The notes: generated by a model not told the origin, from the letters alone. Positions 27,801-40,474 are shown, numbered from the stretch's first letter. The stretch: 64,000 nucleotides of DNA from Deinococcus sp. (GCA_965261005.1 OZ253376.1:1-64000), one strand, 5' to 3'. Translations and numbers: made by a program.

Positions 27801-28463
27801 ATGGCCCAGATCCTGATTGTGGACGACGATCCCGCCATTCTCGAAATTTTGCGCGCGTACCTGCTCAGCGAGGGCCACGGCGTGTTGGAGGCGGCGAGCG
27901 GCGACGGGGCGCGTGAACTCCTGCCGCGTGCGGACCTCGCCATTCTCGACTGGATGCTGCCGGGCGCGAGCGGCCTGGACCTGGCCCGCGAGGCGCGGGG
28001 CGTCGGGCTGGAACTGCCCATCCTGATGCTGACCGCGCGCGGCGAGGAGGCCGACGTGCTGCACGGCTTGGAGGGCGGCGTGGACGACTACGTGATCAAG
28101 CCCTTCAGCCCGCGCGAGGTCATGGCGCGGGTGCGGACCTTGCTGCGGCGGGTCGGCGTGCGGCACACGCTGACCAGCGGCGGGCTGTTCCTCGACGTGC
28201 GCGCCCGCCGGGCCACGCTGAACGGGCGGCCCCTTGAGCTTTCCAAGTTGGAATACGACCTGCTGACCACGCTCGCGCAACATCCCGGTCTGGCTTGGAG
28301 CCGTGAACGGCTGCTGGAACGGGTGTGGGGTGATGTTCCCGGCACCTCACGGGTGGTGGACGTGCACATCACGGGGCTGCGCAAAAAGCTCGGCGACGAT
28401 CCCGAACAGCCCCGCTACATCGAGACCGTGCGCGGTGTCGGCTACCGCTTCAGGGACGCGTGA
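27801..28463 (+). CDS. OmpR-family response regulator
   Basis: VDDD, LDWMLPG, KPF and ETVRGVGY. Confidence 0.95.
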   Translation: MAQILIVDDDPAILEILRAYLLSEGHGVLEAASGDGARELLPRADLAILDWMLPGASGLDLAREARGVGLELPILMLTARGEEADVLHGLEGGVDDYVIKPFSPREVMARVRTLLRRVGVRHTLTSGGLFLDVRARRATLNGRPLELSKLEYDLLTTLAQHPGLAWSRERLLERVWGDVPGTSRVVDVHITGLRKKLGDDPEQPRYIETVRGVGYRFRDA

Positions 28464-29470
28464 AGCTCTATGCCCGGCTGTTCCTGTCGCACCTGCTGGT
28501 CATTCTGGTCGCGCTCGGGGCGGTGCTGCTGCTCGCCGAGCTGCTGTCGCCCGCCTTTGTGCGCCACCACGTCGAGCAGATGGTGGCCCTGATCGGCCCC
28601 AGGGGCGCCGGGCTGCGCCCGGACCTTGAGCGCGGCGTGCGCGCGACCCTCACCTCGGTGCTGCTGGCGGCCGTGCCGCTCGCGCTGCTCGCCTCCGCCG
28701 TCACGGCCCTCTACTCCGCCCGCCGGGTGGTGGCGGGCGTGGCGCTGCTGCGCGACGGCAGCCACGCCATCGCCGCCGGCGACTACCGGCGGCGCCTACC
28801 CGAAGCGGGGCGCGTCGAGCTGATCTCCACCGTCGCCCACGAACTCAGGACGCCGCTCTCGACACTGCGCGGCTACGCCGAGGCGATGCGCGACGGCGTG
28901 CTGGCGCCCGAAATCGCCTCAGGCGCCATCGTGCGCGAGACGGCCGCGATGGAGCGGCTGGCACGCGACCTGAGCTTGGTGTCGCGCGTCGAGGCGGGCG
29001 CAGTCGAGCTGCACCTAACGGACTTCGCGCCGGGGGCGCTGCTCAGAACGGCCGTGGAGCGTTTTGGCAGCGCCTACGAGGAAAAGGGCGTGAGGCTGAG
29101 CGTGCAGGCTTCGGAACCCTTGCCGCACGTCACCGCCGACTTCGAGCGGGCCTCGCAGGTGCTCGCCAACCTGCTCGGCAACGCCCTGCGCCACACACCA
29201 TCAGAAGGTCAGGTCACCCTCAGCGCACATCTCATTCATGGCTCGGTCGCCTTTGGGGTGCGAGACAGCGGTGGGGGCATTGCGCCCGAACACCTGGGGC
29301 GGGTCTTCGAGCGCTTTTACCGCGTAGACCCCGCCCGCACGCGCGGCGAGGGCAGCGGGGTCGGCCTCACCATCGCGCGCGGCCTCGCCGATCGCATGGG
29401 CGGCGCGCTCACGGCCACCTCCGGCCCGGAAGGCAGCGCCTTTACCTTCACGCTGCTGGCGGCGCACTGA
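28460..29470 (+). CDS. Sensor histidine kinase with a partly deleted HAMP domain
   Basis: Two TM; RHHVEQM sensor loop; AHELRTPL, NLLGNA, DSGGGI and GVGL. Confidence 0.9.
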   Translation: MKLYARLFLSHLLVILVALGAVLLLAELLSPAFVRHHVEQMVALIGPRGAGLRPDLERGVRATLTSVLLAAVPLALLASAVTALYSARRVVAGVALLRDGSHAIAAGDYRRRLPEAGRVELISTVAHELRTPLSTLRGYAEAMRDGVLAPEIASGAIVRETAAMERLARDLSLVSRVEAGAVELHLTDFAPGALLRTAVERFGSAYEEKGVRLSVQASEPLPHVTADFERASQVLANLLGNALRHTPSEGQVTLSAHLIHGSVAFGVRDSGGGIAPEHLGRVFERFYRVDPARTRGEGSGVGLTIARGLADRMGGALTATSGPEGSAFTFTLLAAH

Positions 29471-29503
29471 TACGATTTCCGGTCGTCTGGCTCGAAAAGA
29501 GGC

Positions 29504-29524
29504 GGGCCGGAGTCGCTCCGGCCC
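29504..29524. terminator. Hairpin between convergent genes
   Basis: GGGCCGGAG-TCG-CTCCGGCCC. Confidence 0.5.
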
Positions 29525-29551
29525 ACAGGGGTCACGGGTATCTTCAGGCGC

Positions 29552-29974
29552 TCAGTTCATGACGCTCAGCAATTGCTGGCAGGCCTGCTCGCAGCGGTGG
29601 CACGACTCGGCGCACACGCCGCAGTGCGCGTGGTGCCCCTTGTGCTTCTCGCACTCGGCGCCGCAGGCTTGGCAAGCGGTCAGGCAGGACTGCAACTGGG
29701 CGCGCAGCACGGTCATGTCCGGCTCGGTCTGGCGAACCAGGGTGCGCCCGGTCGTGGTGCAGATGTCGGCGCAGTCGAGGTTGAGCCGGATGCAGTGGAT
29801 CACCATCTGCACGTCGCTTTCGGCGAGGCAGGCGTCGGCGCAGGAGGTGCAGACTTGGGCGCACTCGAAGCAGGCGTCGATGCACTCCTGGAGCGCCTGC
29901 CGGTTCTGAATCTGGGCGCCATTCGGGTGGGTGTCGAGCATGCGGCTCACGGCCTGGGTGGTAGGACTGGTCAT
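29552..29974 (-). CDS. Four-helix-bundle Cys-rich copper storage protein (Csp3/DUF326-like)
   Basis: Repeated CxxC and CxxxC (CAQVCTSCADACL, CQACGAEC, CAESCHRCEQAC). Confidence 0.9.
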   Translation of the reverse strand: MTSPTTQAVSRMLDTHPNGAQIQNRQALQECIDACFECAQVCTSCADACLAESDVQMVIHCIRLNLDCADICTTTGRTLVRQTEPDMTVLRAQLQSCLTACQACGAECEKHKGHHAHCGVCAESCHRCEQACQQLLSVMN

Positions 29975-30047
29975 GGTGATCTCCTTAAAAGGTCGAGAAG
30001 CGTGGGTCGAAAGGACTACGAACGGCAGGCTACACGAACCTCACCTC

Positions 30048-31292
30048 CTACGGCAGGCTGGCCGCCGGGGCGCGCTGCGGGGTCACGTCCTCGACGGTGA
30101 GCAAGGCGCTCACGGCGTCCTGGGTAGCGGCCGGGACGCCCCGCCCGACGATCCAGCCGAAGTTGTACACCTGGGTGCTGGGGTGGGTGCGGGTCGGGCG
30201 GATGACGTTCAGGTAGCCGCGCACGCTGGACGCCAGCGTTCCGTCGGGGTTGGTCAGGATCAGCGGCGCGTGCTTGCCCATGTGCGACAGCACGCCGCTG
30301 GTCACGACCTCGCGCCAATTGGCGGGGTTACCCACGACCACGTTGTGGCCCGCCTCGGCGATGCCCCAGCCGAGCGAGCGGTTTTCCTGCCCGAACCACC
30401 AGCCGAGCCGCCGCCCGCTGTCCTTGTAACCGGCCCAGCGCGCACTCATCTCCTGCGGCGTGGCGCCGGGAAGGCGCTGCACGTGCCCGTACTGGGACAA
30501 GTCGGCCATCACGTCCGCCCCGACCACCTCCGGCGGCGCGAAGACGTAGATGTAAGGATAGTTCGGCGCGCGCCGCCTCAGCATGTCGCGCGTGGCCTGC
30601 GGCACGCCCTGCGGCGTCACTCACGCGAGGCCGTCCCCGGCGTGCGCGTTCCAGTTAGCGGCGGGCATCGCGAACTCGGGGGCCTGGGTCGCGCCGATGA
30701 GGACCAGGTCGCGGTGGTCGGACTCCATTACCGCGATGTACTCGTCGAGCACCTCGGCCAGGTTGACGGCGTCCGCCGCGTAGATGCGCCGGGTCTCGAA
30801 GCCCAGGGCGCGCACCTCGCGCGCGACGTTCTCGCCGATGTTGCCGACCAGGTAGACCTGGACGTTGTTGTCCATCGCCACGCCCTGCGGGTCGAGGCGT
30901 TTCAGCTCGGTGCGGATCGCTTCCGGCAGACCGTTGGCGGTCACGAACAGCATGGGGGCATTGACCGGCATGTGCTGTAGGCGCGTCGCCGTGATGGCCG
31001 CCAGCGGATCGTCGTCGCGCACCAGGACCACCCCGCCCGGCTTGTCCTGGTCCTGGGTCGCGGCGTAGATCGCCTGCGAGTAGGCGACGGGCGCCGCGTC
31101 CGCGCCCACGTTCGACAGGCGGGCGGTGGTGCCGGTCAAGCGCAGCAGGGTCTGACTGGCCTGCGTCTCGGTCGTGCGCGTCAGCGGCACGAGGCGACCC
31201 TCCTCGCGCGCCCAGGTCGCGACGAACCAGGTCCACGACAAGATCGCGAGAGCGGCGATTAGGCCCCCCGTGAAGGTCCAGATCGGTTTCAC
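30048..31292 (-). pseudogene. Membrane-anchored cell-wall-binding-repeat-2-like protein split by an in-frame TGA at 30621-30623
   Basis: ORFs 30621-31292 and 30048-30620 are contiguous and in frame; NAPMLF and HAPLIL repeats. Confidence 0.7.
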
Positions 31293-31293
31293 G

Positions 31294-32982
<1,689 letters not shown>

Positions 32983-33014
32983 GGTCACGCCGCCGGAACC
33001 GGGCCGGGCCAGGC

Positions 33015-33524
33015 TCACGCGCGCTCCGCCGGGGCGGCGTCCGGGGTCGCCAGCCCGCCCCACTCCATCGCCACGTGGCCGAGCTGCTCATCATCGCTCT
33101 GTATCGCGACGAGGACGGGCTGCATCGGCAGAGAACCGTGCTGCGCCTGTAGCTTGAGATGCCCTTCCTGAACGGTGTGCGCCGCGACCGGGCGCAGCGT
33201 GAGCAGCCCGCCGATGAGGGCGCCCGCGCTGCCACCCAGAACGGCGAATAGGACCGTGGGCGCGCCTATGGGGGCGGCGAAGATCGGCCCCAGGCGCGGC
33301 AGGGCCAGCGCGAAGTTCTCGGCAAAGGCGCCGATCAAACCGAGCAGGGCGCCGCCGATAAGGGCGCCGATCCAGACGGCGGCGTGGCTGCCGTGCGAAA
33401 ACAGGTTGACGCGCTCTGGCAAGTCCACCCGGTGGCCCAGCTCGCGGGCCTGCTGTGCGAAGCCCCAGGCGGCTTCGGGCGAAGGGAATTCGAAGGTCGT
33501 GCGGTCGTGCGAAGCGGCGTTCAT
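33015..33524 (-). CDS. Hypothetical membrane protein
   Basis: GAGGAGG RBS; Gly-zipper TM hairpin; first gene of the operon. Confidence 0.7.
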   Translation of the reverse strand: MNAASHDRTTFEFPSPEAAWGFAQQARELGHRVDLPERVNLFSHGSHAAVWIGALIGGALLGLIGAFAENFALALPRLGPIFAAPIGAPTVLFAVLGGSAGALIGGLLTLRPVAAHTVQEGHLKLQAQHGSLPMQPVLVAIQSDDEQLGHVAMEWGGLATPDAAPAERA

Positions 33525-33570
33525 CCGTCCTCCTCAAGCTGAATTTGGGCGCAGTTTGAGGCGCCCGAAG

Positions 33571-33634
33571 CCATACTTAAGGGCGCCGTGTTCAGCTTTT
33601 GTAAAGCGCTGGGAGACCTTAAGCGACTTTAAAG
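33571..33634 (-). promoter_or_regulatory. Conserved promoter box, copy 2
   Basis: Matches 26871-26934 without gaps. Confidence 0.7.
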
Positions 33635-33996
33635 AGGGGAGCGTTGAGGAGGAGCAGGGTGAACGTGTTGTCGTTTCTGGCCTCGCCGTGGATCGTGCGA
33701 CTGCTCAACGTCAGCTTTTGGCAGGAATACTGAACCGAGTCAGCGAACCGAGGACTTTGGGCGCCACCTTCGTGGTGCTGCCGACCTTCAAGACCACGCC
33801 CGAAGGCGTCACGGGCGAAGTCGGCACATAACGGCGGTCGTGGGGCGCAGCCTCAAGAGAAGCTGATCCACCGGCCAGGACTCGCTCAAGTCCTTTGCCC
33901 GGGTGCGTTCATGAGGACGTCATCGCTCGGGCAGAAATCAGCGCTGCAATGGACGGTACCGTTTCCACACGGCAGATTCACTCCAAAGGAGAAGTC

Positions 33997-34914
33997 ATGT
34001 TCTACCACGACAAGAAGCTTCAGTATACCGTGCGCGTGGATACGCCCAGCCCCATTTTCGCCAAGATGTTGCAGCAAGCCATCGGCGGCGTGGAGGGCGA
34101 GATTCGTGTCTGCTTGCAGTACCTCTTTCAGGCTTGGGGGTCGCGCGGCCCCACCAAGTACCGTGACATGCTGCTCGAAACCGGCACCGAGGAGATGGGC
34201 CACGTCGAGATGCTCGCCACCGCCGTCGCCCTCAACTTGGAGGGATCGCCCAGCTTCGTGCAGGAACAGGCCGCCGCGGGCAACCCGATGGTCGCCGCCG
34301 TGATGGGCGGCATGGACCCGCGTCAGTACCTCTCGGCGGGCATGGCGGCCCTGGCCACCGACTCGAACGGCGTGCCCTTCAACGGCTCGCACGTCTACGC
34401 CAGCGGCAACATCGCCGCCGACATGTACGCCAACGTGACCGCCGAGGCCACCGGGCGCGCCCTGGCGACGCGGCTCTTTTCCATGACCGACGACGCCGGC
34501 ATGAAGGACATGCTGCGCTTTTTAATCGCGCGCGACACCATGCACCAGCAGCAGTGGCTGGCCGTGATCGAGGAACTCGGCGGCTACGAGGGCGTGCTGC
34601 CGATTCCCAACTCGTTTCCGCAGAGCGAGGAGTTGCAAGACGTCAGCTACAGCTTTTTCTCCACGGCGGTGGACGGCATCGAGCCGCCACAGGGCCGTTG
34701 GACCAGCGGGCCGAGCCTCGACGGCAAGGGCGAGTACGACGTGAAGCGCTGGCAGCCGCAGGGTCAGGAACCCAAGCTGGCGCCTCCTACACGCGAGGCG
34801 TGGGCCGAGACCCAACAGCTCAGCGGCGGCCTCACGGGCGTCATCAAGAACGTCGCCAACAAGGTTGAGGGCGCCGTCGAGCGTCTGACCGGGCGCGATT
34901 CCAGCGCCGACTGA
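33997..34914 (+). CDS. Manganese catalase
   Basis: GGVEGE, TEEMGHVEM, NVTAE and RDTMHQ; AAGGAG RBS. Confidence 0.93.
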   Translation: MFYHDKKLQYTVRVDTPSPIFAKMLQQAIGGVEGEIRVCLQYLFQAWGSRGPTKYRDMLLETGTEEMGHVEMLATAVALNLEGSPSFVQEQAAAGNPMVAAVMGGMDPRQYLSAGMAALATDSNGVPFNGSHVYASGNIAADMYANVTAEATGRALATRLFSMTDDAGMKDMLRFLIARDTMHQQQWLAVIEELGGYEGVLPIPNSFPQSEELQDVSYSFFSTAVDGIEPPQGRWTSGPSLDGKGEYDVKRWQPQGQEPKLAPPTREAWAETQQLSGGLTGVIKNVANKVEGAVERLTGRDSSAD

Positions 34915-34947
34915 TCTGGCCAGTCGAGGGGGCGCTTAGCCCTTCAC

Positions 34948-35196
34948 CTACATCAGACTATCGCGCAGCAGGGTCTTCAGGTTGGGGCGCTGCTGCGCGA
35001 ACGTGCCGTAAAAAAACTGATCGCCGACCACCGTGATGGGCGCGACGCGCACCCCGTACTGGGCCTTGGCCTCGTCGGCCACGGCGCCTTGGGTCAGGTC
35101 GCGCTCCTCAAAGACGACGCTCCTCGCCTTCAACCAGCTTTTCAGGGCCGCACAGTCCGGACAGGCGGGGGTCGTGTAGAGAATGATGTTGGGCAT
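34948..35196 (-). CDS. Glutaredoxin-like (NrdH-type) protein
   Basis: CPDC motif and VAP cis-Pro; GGAGG RBS. Confidence 0.85.
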   Translation of the reverse strand: MPNIILYTTPACPDCAALKSWLKARSVVFEERDLTQGAVADEAKAQYGVRVAPITVVGDQFFYGTFAQQRPNLKTLLRDSLM

Positions 35197-35291
35197 ACAG
35201 GAGCCTCCGAAACAGGAGAGGGAGTGAACCTGAATCCACTCTCCTGGGTGTAGGGCGGCGCTCAGATGTTTCCGAGCACCTTCCCGGCGGG

Positions 35292-35501
35292 TCAGCCCCG
35301 AGCCACCTGCGCGCCGTAGCCCTCTTCCTGCACGGCATTCACCAGCTGCTGTGGATCGGGATTGCCCTGCACGACGGCCTTGCCGCTCTGCAAGTCCACC
35401 TGCACGCCCGTCACGCCGGACACGCTCTTCAGGGCCTTGGTCACGCTGCTTTGACAATGCCCGCAGGTCATGCCGGAAACGTCGAGTTCGGTCTCGTTCA
35501 T
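35292..35501 (-). CDS. copZ: CopZ copper chaperone (second copy)
   Basis: GMTCGHC; close paralog of 23899-24108. Confidence 0.93.
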   Translation of the reverse strand: MNETELDVSGMTCGHCQSSVTKALKSVSGVTGVQVDLQSGKAVVQGNPDPQQLVNAVQEEGYGAQVARG

Positions 35502-35524
35502 GTTTGAACCTCCATCCCCACGCT

Positions 35525-35658
35525 ATACCCACCCCACGGGGGTGTCAAGGAATTCGCTTATAAAAGCTTTACCAGTCGTGTTATCCCCTGCTCAAGTTCG
35601 CCAAGGCAGTGAAGAAAGGCTATACTGAAAGCATAATTTACCCCCCTGGGGGGGATAA
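35525..35658. promoter_or_regulatory. Divergent copZ/copA promoter with two CsoR-type operators
   Basis: ATACCCACCCCACGGGGGTGT and TTACCCCCCTGGGGGGGATAA. Confidence 0.7.
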
Positions 35659-35671
35659 GTGGAGGTTTGGG

Positions 35672-38185
35672 ATGCTGAAGACTATAGAACTCGGCGTGGG
35701 GGGGATGACCTGCGCCTCGTGCGTGGGGCGGGTGGAGCGGGGGCTGAAGAAGGTAGAGGGGGTCGAGGGGGCCAGCGTCAACCTCGCCACCGAGCGCGCG
35801 ACCGTCACCTATGACCCGGAACAAGTCGAACCGAGCGTTTTGCTCGACAAGGTGCGGGACGTGGGCTACGAGCCGCGGGTGGGCGAAATCGAGTTGGGCG
35901 TCCAGGGCATGACCTGCGCCAGCTGCGTGGCCCGGGTCGAGCGCGCCCTGGGGAAGGTGGACGGCGTGCTGTCTGCCGGCGTCAACTTGGCGACCGAGCG
36001 CGCGACCGTCACGTACCTGCCGGCCAGCGTGAGCGCGGGGCAGCTGAGGGCGGCGGTGCGTGAAGCCGGCCATGAGGTGCTGGAAGATCAGGCGGGCACG
36101 GACCGCAGCGACCAGGAGCGCGCCGCGCGCGAGGAGGAGCTGGCCCGCCTGCGCCGCTCGGTGCTCTTCAGCGCCGTCTTCGCCGTGCCGCTGCTGATCC
36201 TGGCGATGCTGCCGATGCTCTACGCGCCACTGGAAACGGCGCTGACGGCCCGCCTGGGGCCGGGCCTGATGTGGATCATGCTGGCCCTGGCCGTCCCGGT
36301 GCAGTTCGGCCCCGGCTTACGCTTTTACCGCCTGGGCTGGAAGAGCCTCGTTCACCGCTCACCCGACATGAACAGCCTGGTCATGATCGGCACCAGCGCG
36401 GCGTTCTTCTATTCCCTCGTCGTCACCGTGGCGCCCGGCCTCTTCCCTGCCGGCACGGCGCACGTCTATTACGAGGCCAGCGCGGTCGTCATCACGCTGA
36501 TTCTGCTGGGCAAGTACTTCGAGGCCATCGCCAAGGGGCGCAGCAGCGAGGCCATGAAGAAGCTACTGGGCTTGCAGGCGAGAACCGCGCGGGTACTCAG
36601 GAACGGTCAGGAGTTGGAGCTGCCCACCGACGAGGTCCTGGTCGGCGATTTGATCGCGGTGCGGCCCGGCGAGAAGATTCCGGTGGACGGCCGGGTCATG
36701 GGCGGCAACAGCTTCGTGGACGAGAGCATGATCACGGGCGAGCCGGTGCCCGTGAAGAAGCAGGCTGGGGCAAAGGTGGTCGGCGGCACCATCAACCAGA
36801 ACGGCGCCCTCCAGTTCGAGGCGACCAAGGTCGGCGCGGACACGGCGTTAGCGCAAATCATCAAGCTGGTCGAGACCGCGCAAGGCAGCAAGCCGCCGAT
36901 TCAGGGCTTGGCGGACAGGGTGGTGGCGGTCTTCGTTCCGGTCGTGCTGGGCGTCGCGGCGCTCACCTTCGTGCTGTGGCTGATCTTCGGTGGGGCTTCA
37001 GCGCTTTCCTTCGCGCTCGTGACCACGGTGGCGGTCCTGATCATCGCCTGCCCGTGTGCGATGGGATTGGCAACGCCGACCAGCGCGATGGTGGGCACCG
37101 GCAAGGCCGCCGAGTTGGGCGTGCTGTTCAAGGGGGGCGCGGCGCTCGAAAGCTTGCAAGGGCTGGACGTGATCGCCTTTGATAAGACCGGCACCTTGAC
37201 CGAGGGCAAGCCGACGCTGACCGACTTCGGGTTGGCCCCTGGCTTTGACCGCGCCGAGGTCCTGAAGCTGGTCGCCGCCGCCGAGGGGCAGAGCGAACAT
37301 CCCATCGCCCGCGCCATCGTGGACGCCGCGAAGAAAGAGGGCGTCCAGCTCCTGACGCCGGAAAGCTTCGAGGCTGTGCCGGGCTTTGGGCTGGAGGCGC
37401 GGGTGGACGGTCGGCTGGTGCGGGTGGGCGCCGACCGCTACATGAAGAAGCTCGGTTTAAGCGTGGACGAATTCGCCGCGCAAGCCGCTCAGCTCGGCGA
37501 CGGGGGCAAGAGTCCCCTCTACGCCGCCGTGGACGGGCGGCTCGCGGCCGTTCTGGCGGTGGCCGACCCGATCAAGGAGGGATCTATCGAGGCGGTGCGG
37601 GCGCTGCACCGGCAGGGCCTCAGGGTCGCCATGATCACCGGGGACAACCAAAGGACCGCCCACGCCATTGCAAGCCAACTGGACATTGACACGGTGCTGG
37701 CTGAGGTCTTGCCGGGGGGCAAGAGCGACGCCGTGAAAGAACTTCAGGGTCAGGGCAACAAGGTGGGCTTTGTCGGCGACGGCATCAACGACGCGCCGGC
37801 CCTGGCGCAATCGGACGTGGGCCTTGCCATCGGCACCGGCACCGACGTGGCCGTCGAGACGGCGGACGTGGTGCTGATGTCGGGCGACTTGCGCGGCGTG
37901 CCGAACGCCCTCGCGCTCTCACGGGCGACCCTGCGCAACATCAAGCTGAATTTGGTGTGGGCCTTTGGCTACAACATCATTCTGATTCCGGTGGCGGCGG
38001 GCGCGCTGTACCCGGCCCTCGGCTGGCTGCTCTCCCCCGTGCTGGCAGCGGCGGCGATGGGGTTTTCGAGCGTCTTCGTCCTCAGCAACGCGCTCAGGCT
38101 CAGGGGCTTTCGGCCCCCGCTCGGCTTTGGACCCGCTTCCAAGGCGTCCAAAGAAGGTGGCGCGCCTTCGGCGGCGCGCGCCTGA
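35672..38185 (+). CDS. copA: Cu(I)-exporting P1B-1 ATPase
   Basis: Two GMTCASC, TGE, CPC, DKTGT, GDGIND, YN and MGFSS motifs. Confidence 0.96.
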   Translation: MLKTIELGVGGMTCASCVGRVERGLKKVEGVEGASVNLATERATVTYDPEQVEPSVLLDKVRDVGYEPRVGEIELGVQGMTCASCVARVERALGKVDGVLSAGVNLATERATVTYLPASVSAGQLRAAVREAGHEVLEDQAGTDRSDQERAAREEELARLRRSVLFSAVFAVPLLILAMLPMLYAPLETALTARLGPGLMWIMLALAVPVQFGPGLRFYRLGWKSLVHRSPDMNSLVMIGTSAAFFYSLVVTVAPGLFPAGTAHVYYEASAVVITLILLGKYFEAIAKGRSSEAMKKLLGLQARTARVLRNGQELELPTDEVLVGDLIAVRPGEKIPVDGRVMGGNSFVDESMITGEPVPVKKQAGAKVVGGTINQNGALQFEATKVGADTALAQIIKLVETAQGSKPPIQGLADRVVAVFVPVVLGVAALTFVLWLIFGGASALSFALVTTVAVLIIACPCAMGLATPTSAMVGTGKAAELGVLFKGGAALESLQGLDVIAFDKTGTLTEGKPTLTDFGLAPGFDRAEVLKLVAAAEGQSEHPIARAIVDAAKKEGVQLLTPESFEAVPGFGLEARVDGRLVRVGADRYMKKLGLSVDEFAAQAAQLGDGGKSPLYAAVDGRLAAVLAVADPIKEGSIEAVRALHRQGLRVAMITGDNQRTAHAIASQLDIDTVLAEVLPGGKSDAVKELQGQGNKVGFVGDGINDAPALAQSDVGLAIGTGTDVAVETADVVLMSGDLRGVPNALALSRATLRNIKLNLVWAFGYNIILIPVAAGALYPALGWLLSPVLAAAAMGFSSVFVLSNALRLRGFRPPLGFGPASKASKEGGAPSAARA

Positions 38186-38248
38186 CGGCGCCGCCTAGCG
38201 GAATTCGTAGAATTCAGGCCGCCCAACCGGAACGCTCACGTCCCGTCC

Positions 38249-39832
38249 TCACGCGGATTCGGCGACGCGCACGCCATTCTTACCCGCGCGCTTGGCCGCG
38301 TACATGGCGTCGTCGGCCCGCTCGATCAGCTGCTCCGCACTCAGGGCGTGATCCGGCCAGGACGCGACGCCGACCGAGGCGGAGATGGGCAGGCCGTTCA
38401 TGTCGCGCTGAATCAGGGTGGCGAGCTTTTCGGCGACAAACACGGCCGCCCGGACGTCCGTAACCGCGGTCAGCACGGCGGCAAACTCGTCCCCCCCGAG
38501 ACGCGCGGCCGTGTCCCCGGCGCGCAGCGCGCTTTTGAGCGTTCGCGCGACGCCCCGAAGCACCTCGTCACCTGCCGAGTGCCCCAGGGTGTCGTTGATG
38601 GCCTTGAATCCGTCGAGGTCGACGTTAATGAGAACGACCCTACCGCCCTGCTGGCGGGCGTCCTCCAGCGCGGCGCTCAAGCGCTCCTCAAACAGGATCC
38701 GGTTGCCGAGGCCGGTCAGCGGGTCGCGGCGCACGGCGCGGGTGAGCTGCCGCTGCTCGCGCTGAAGGTCCACCACGCGGGTGCGCGCCTCCTCAGCCTC
38801 ACGGCGGAACACTTCCTTTTCGAGCTGCGCGCTGAGCATACCGACTTGGTGTGCGGTCGCCTGCGAATTCATGGTTTTGTCGAGGTCGTGGTAGGACCGG
38901 AAGTGTGACAAGGCGAGGCTGGGCTGACCAGCCAATTCGTACGCCGCGCTCAGGTCGCGGTGCGCGCTTCTGCGCTCGCTGATGGCGTCCAGCTCCAGCG
39001 CGATCTTCAGGGCGGCGTGCAATGAGGTGAGGGCGGAAGCGACCAAACCGCCGATCAGCCGCCCCTTTCCCAGCGTCGCATGCGCCAGCCCTTCGAGCGC
39101 CCGCTCTCCTCCCTGTTGCGCGCCATCAAACGCCGTCGCCGCCAAGGCGCAGGCTTGTTCCCAGCTCCCCAACAAGTTGCGCGCGTCGGCCTCGGCGATC
39201 AGGGCGTACAGCTCAATCTGGCGCATGCTGGCCGCACGCGCGCGCGCGGCCACGTCGCCTAGTCGGGCCAGCGCGCCCTCGGCGTCACCCAGCGCCACGA
39301 GGAGCTGGGCGAGGTTGTAGTCCACGTTGATGATGGCCCGCTCGTCGCCGCCCCGCTCGGCAAGCACGGCCGCGCGTTCCAAGATCGCTCTCGCCTTGTG
39401 CTGATCGTCCATCTCGCTGTAAAGCAGACCCAAATTCGAGAGGGTGCGCAGCTCGCCGCTCTCGTCGCCCAGGGCCTTGCGCGCGCTCACCTCCTGAAGC
39501 AGCGCGCCCGCCGCCGCCGCCAAGGTGCCGGCCCGAAAGTGCGCGCTCGCCTGGACCCGGAGCATCTCGGCGCGGGTCAGGTCGTGACCCAACTCAAAGG
39601 CGAGCCGCTCGGCGGGGACAGCGCTGGTCAGGGCCGCCGCGTGCTGACGCTCCCTGAGCGCGACGTAGGCGTGCAGGGCCAAGGCGGACAACGCTGCCTC
39701 CGGCCCTTCCCCTCTTGCCAACAACCCCGCCTCGGCGGCGGCCAAGTCCACGTCCGCCGCGCGCCGGGTCAAGCCCTCCCAGGTCTCGCCGCCGACCAAG
39801 CCTGCCGTCATGGTCCCATCATGGCGGGCCAC
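38249..39832 (-). CDS. TPR-domain diguanylate cyclase
   Basis: N-terminal TPR repeats, coiled coil, DPLTGLGNR, RAGD I-site and intact GGDEF. Confidence 0.9.
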   Translation of the reverse strand: MARHDGTMTAGLVGGETWEGLTRRAADVDLAAAEAGLLARGEGPEAALSALALHAYVALRERQHAAALTSAVPAERLAFELGHDLTRAEMLRVQASAHFRAGTLAAAAGALLQEVSARKALGDESGELRTLSNLGLLYSEMDDQHKARAILERAAVLAERGGDERAIINVDYNLAQLLVALGDAEGALARLGDVAARARAASMRQIELYALIAEADARNLLGSWEQACALAATAFDGAQQGGERALEGLAHATLGKGRLIGGLVASALTSLHAALKIALELDAISERRSAHRDLSAAYELAGQPSLALSHFRSYHDLDKTMNSQATAHQVGMLSAQLEKEVFRREAEEARTRVVDLQREQRQLTRAVRRDPLTGLGNRILFEERLSAALEDARQQGGRVVLINVDLDGFKAINDTLGHSAGDEVLRGVARTLKSALRAGDTAARLGGDEFAAVLTAVTDVRAAVFVAEKLATLIQRDMNGLPISASVGVASWPDHALSAEQLIERADDAMYAAKRAGKNGVRVAESA

Positions 39833-39912
39833 CCCTCTCGGAGTTCTTACAGCCGGAGGCCGGGACCAGGCGTTCGGCGACGGCTGGGCGCGAAAAGAGG
39901 TGGCGAACCTTT

Positions 39913-40155
39913 TCAGACGCTTTGGGGCGTAAAACCCCTGCTGTTGCGCGAGGGGGCCTCGGCACTGAAGTCATCGGACCAGGAGCCTTTCAAGGGCGTG
40001 TAGCCCTTCAAGGGCGCTCCTACCTGGGCGGTTTTGACGCCGTCGGTCCAGATGCTCTTGTGGGGCGTCGTTTGGGCGTTCAGGGTGGCGCCGGGCGGGA
40101 CGGCGGCGAAGGGCAGGACCGCGAGGGCCAGCAGGACCAGCTTCTTGTTCAACAT
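39913..40155 (-). CDS. Small secreted peptide with internal repeats
   Basis: GGAGG RBS; signal-like MLNKKLVLLALAVLPFAA; TPHKSIWTD, APLKGY and TPLKGSWSD repeats. Confidence 0.7.
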   Translation of the reverse strand: MLNKKLVLLALAVLPFAAVPPGATLNAQTTPHKSIWTDGVKTAQVGAPLKGYTPLKGSWSDDFSAEAPSRNSRGFTPQSV

Positions 40156-40331
40156 GGTGAAACCTCCGAACTCAAGTTAGCGTGGACTTTCTCACAAAAA
40201 TCTTACAAAGTAGGGACTATCCGACAAACGCCCACTCACATCGGCGGCCAGCGTTCAAAGCCCGGCTCGGTGTAAAGCGCGAACTGGCTCGGGCCGAAGA
40301 GCTACAGATTCTGAAGAGTTCCGCAACCTCG

Positions 40332-40474
40332 GAACGGCGCCTTCCAGTCCAAGGCGACCAAGGTCGCGGTGGGCACAGCGCTCGCGCAGATCATCAAGCT
40401 GGTCGAGACCGCGCAGGGGTCCAAGCCGCCGATTCAGGACTTGGCGCACAGGGTGGTGGCCATCTTCGTTCCGG
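40332..40474 (+). pseudogene. Fragment of a second copA
   Basis: [30 protein letters not shown], similar to copA at about 36800-36940. Confidence 0.8.

Noticed and set aside
30621..30623. Selenocysteine or programmed readthrough at the TGA
   Set aside because: No redox motif or evident SECIS; a nonsense mutation or sequencing error is simpler
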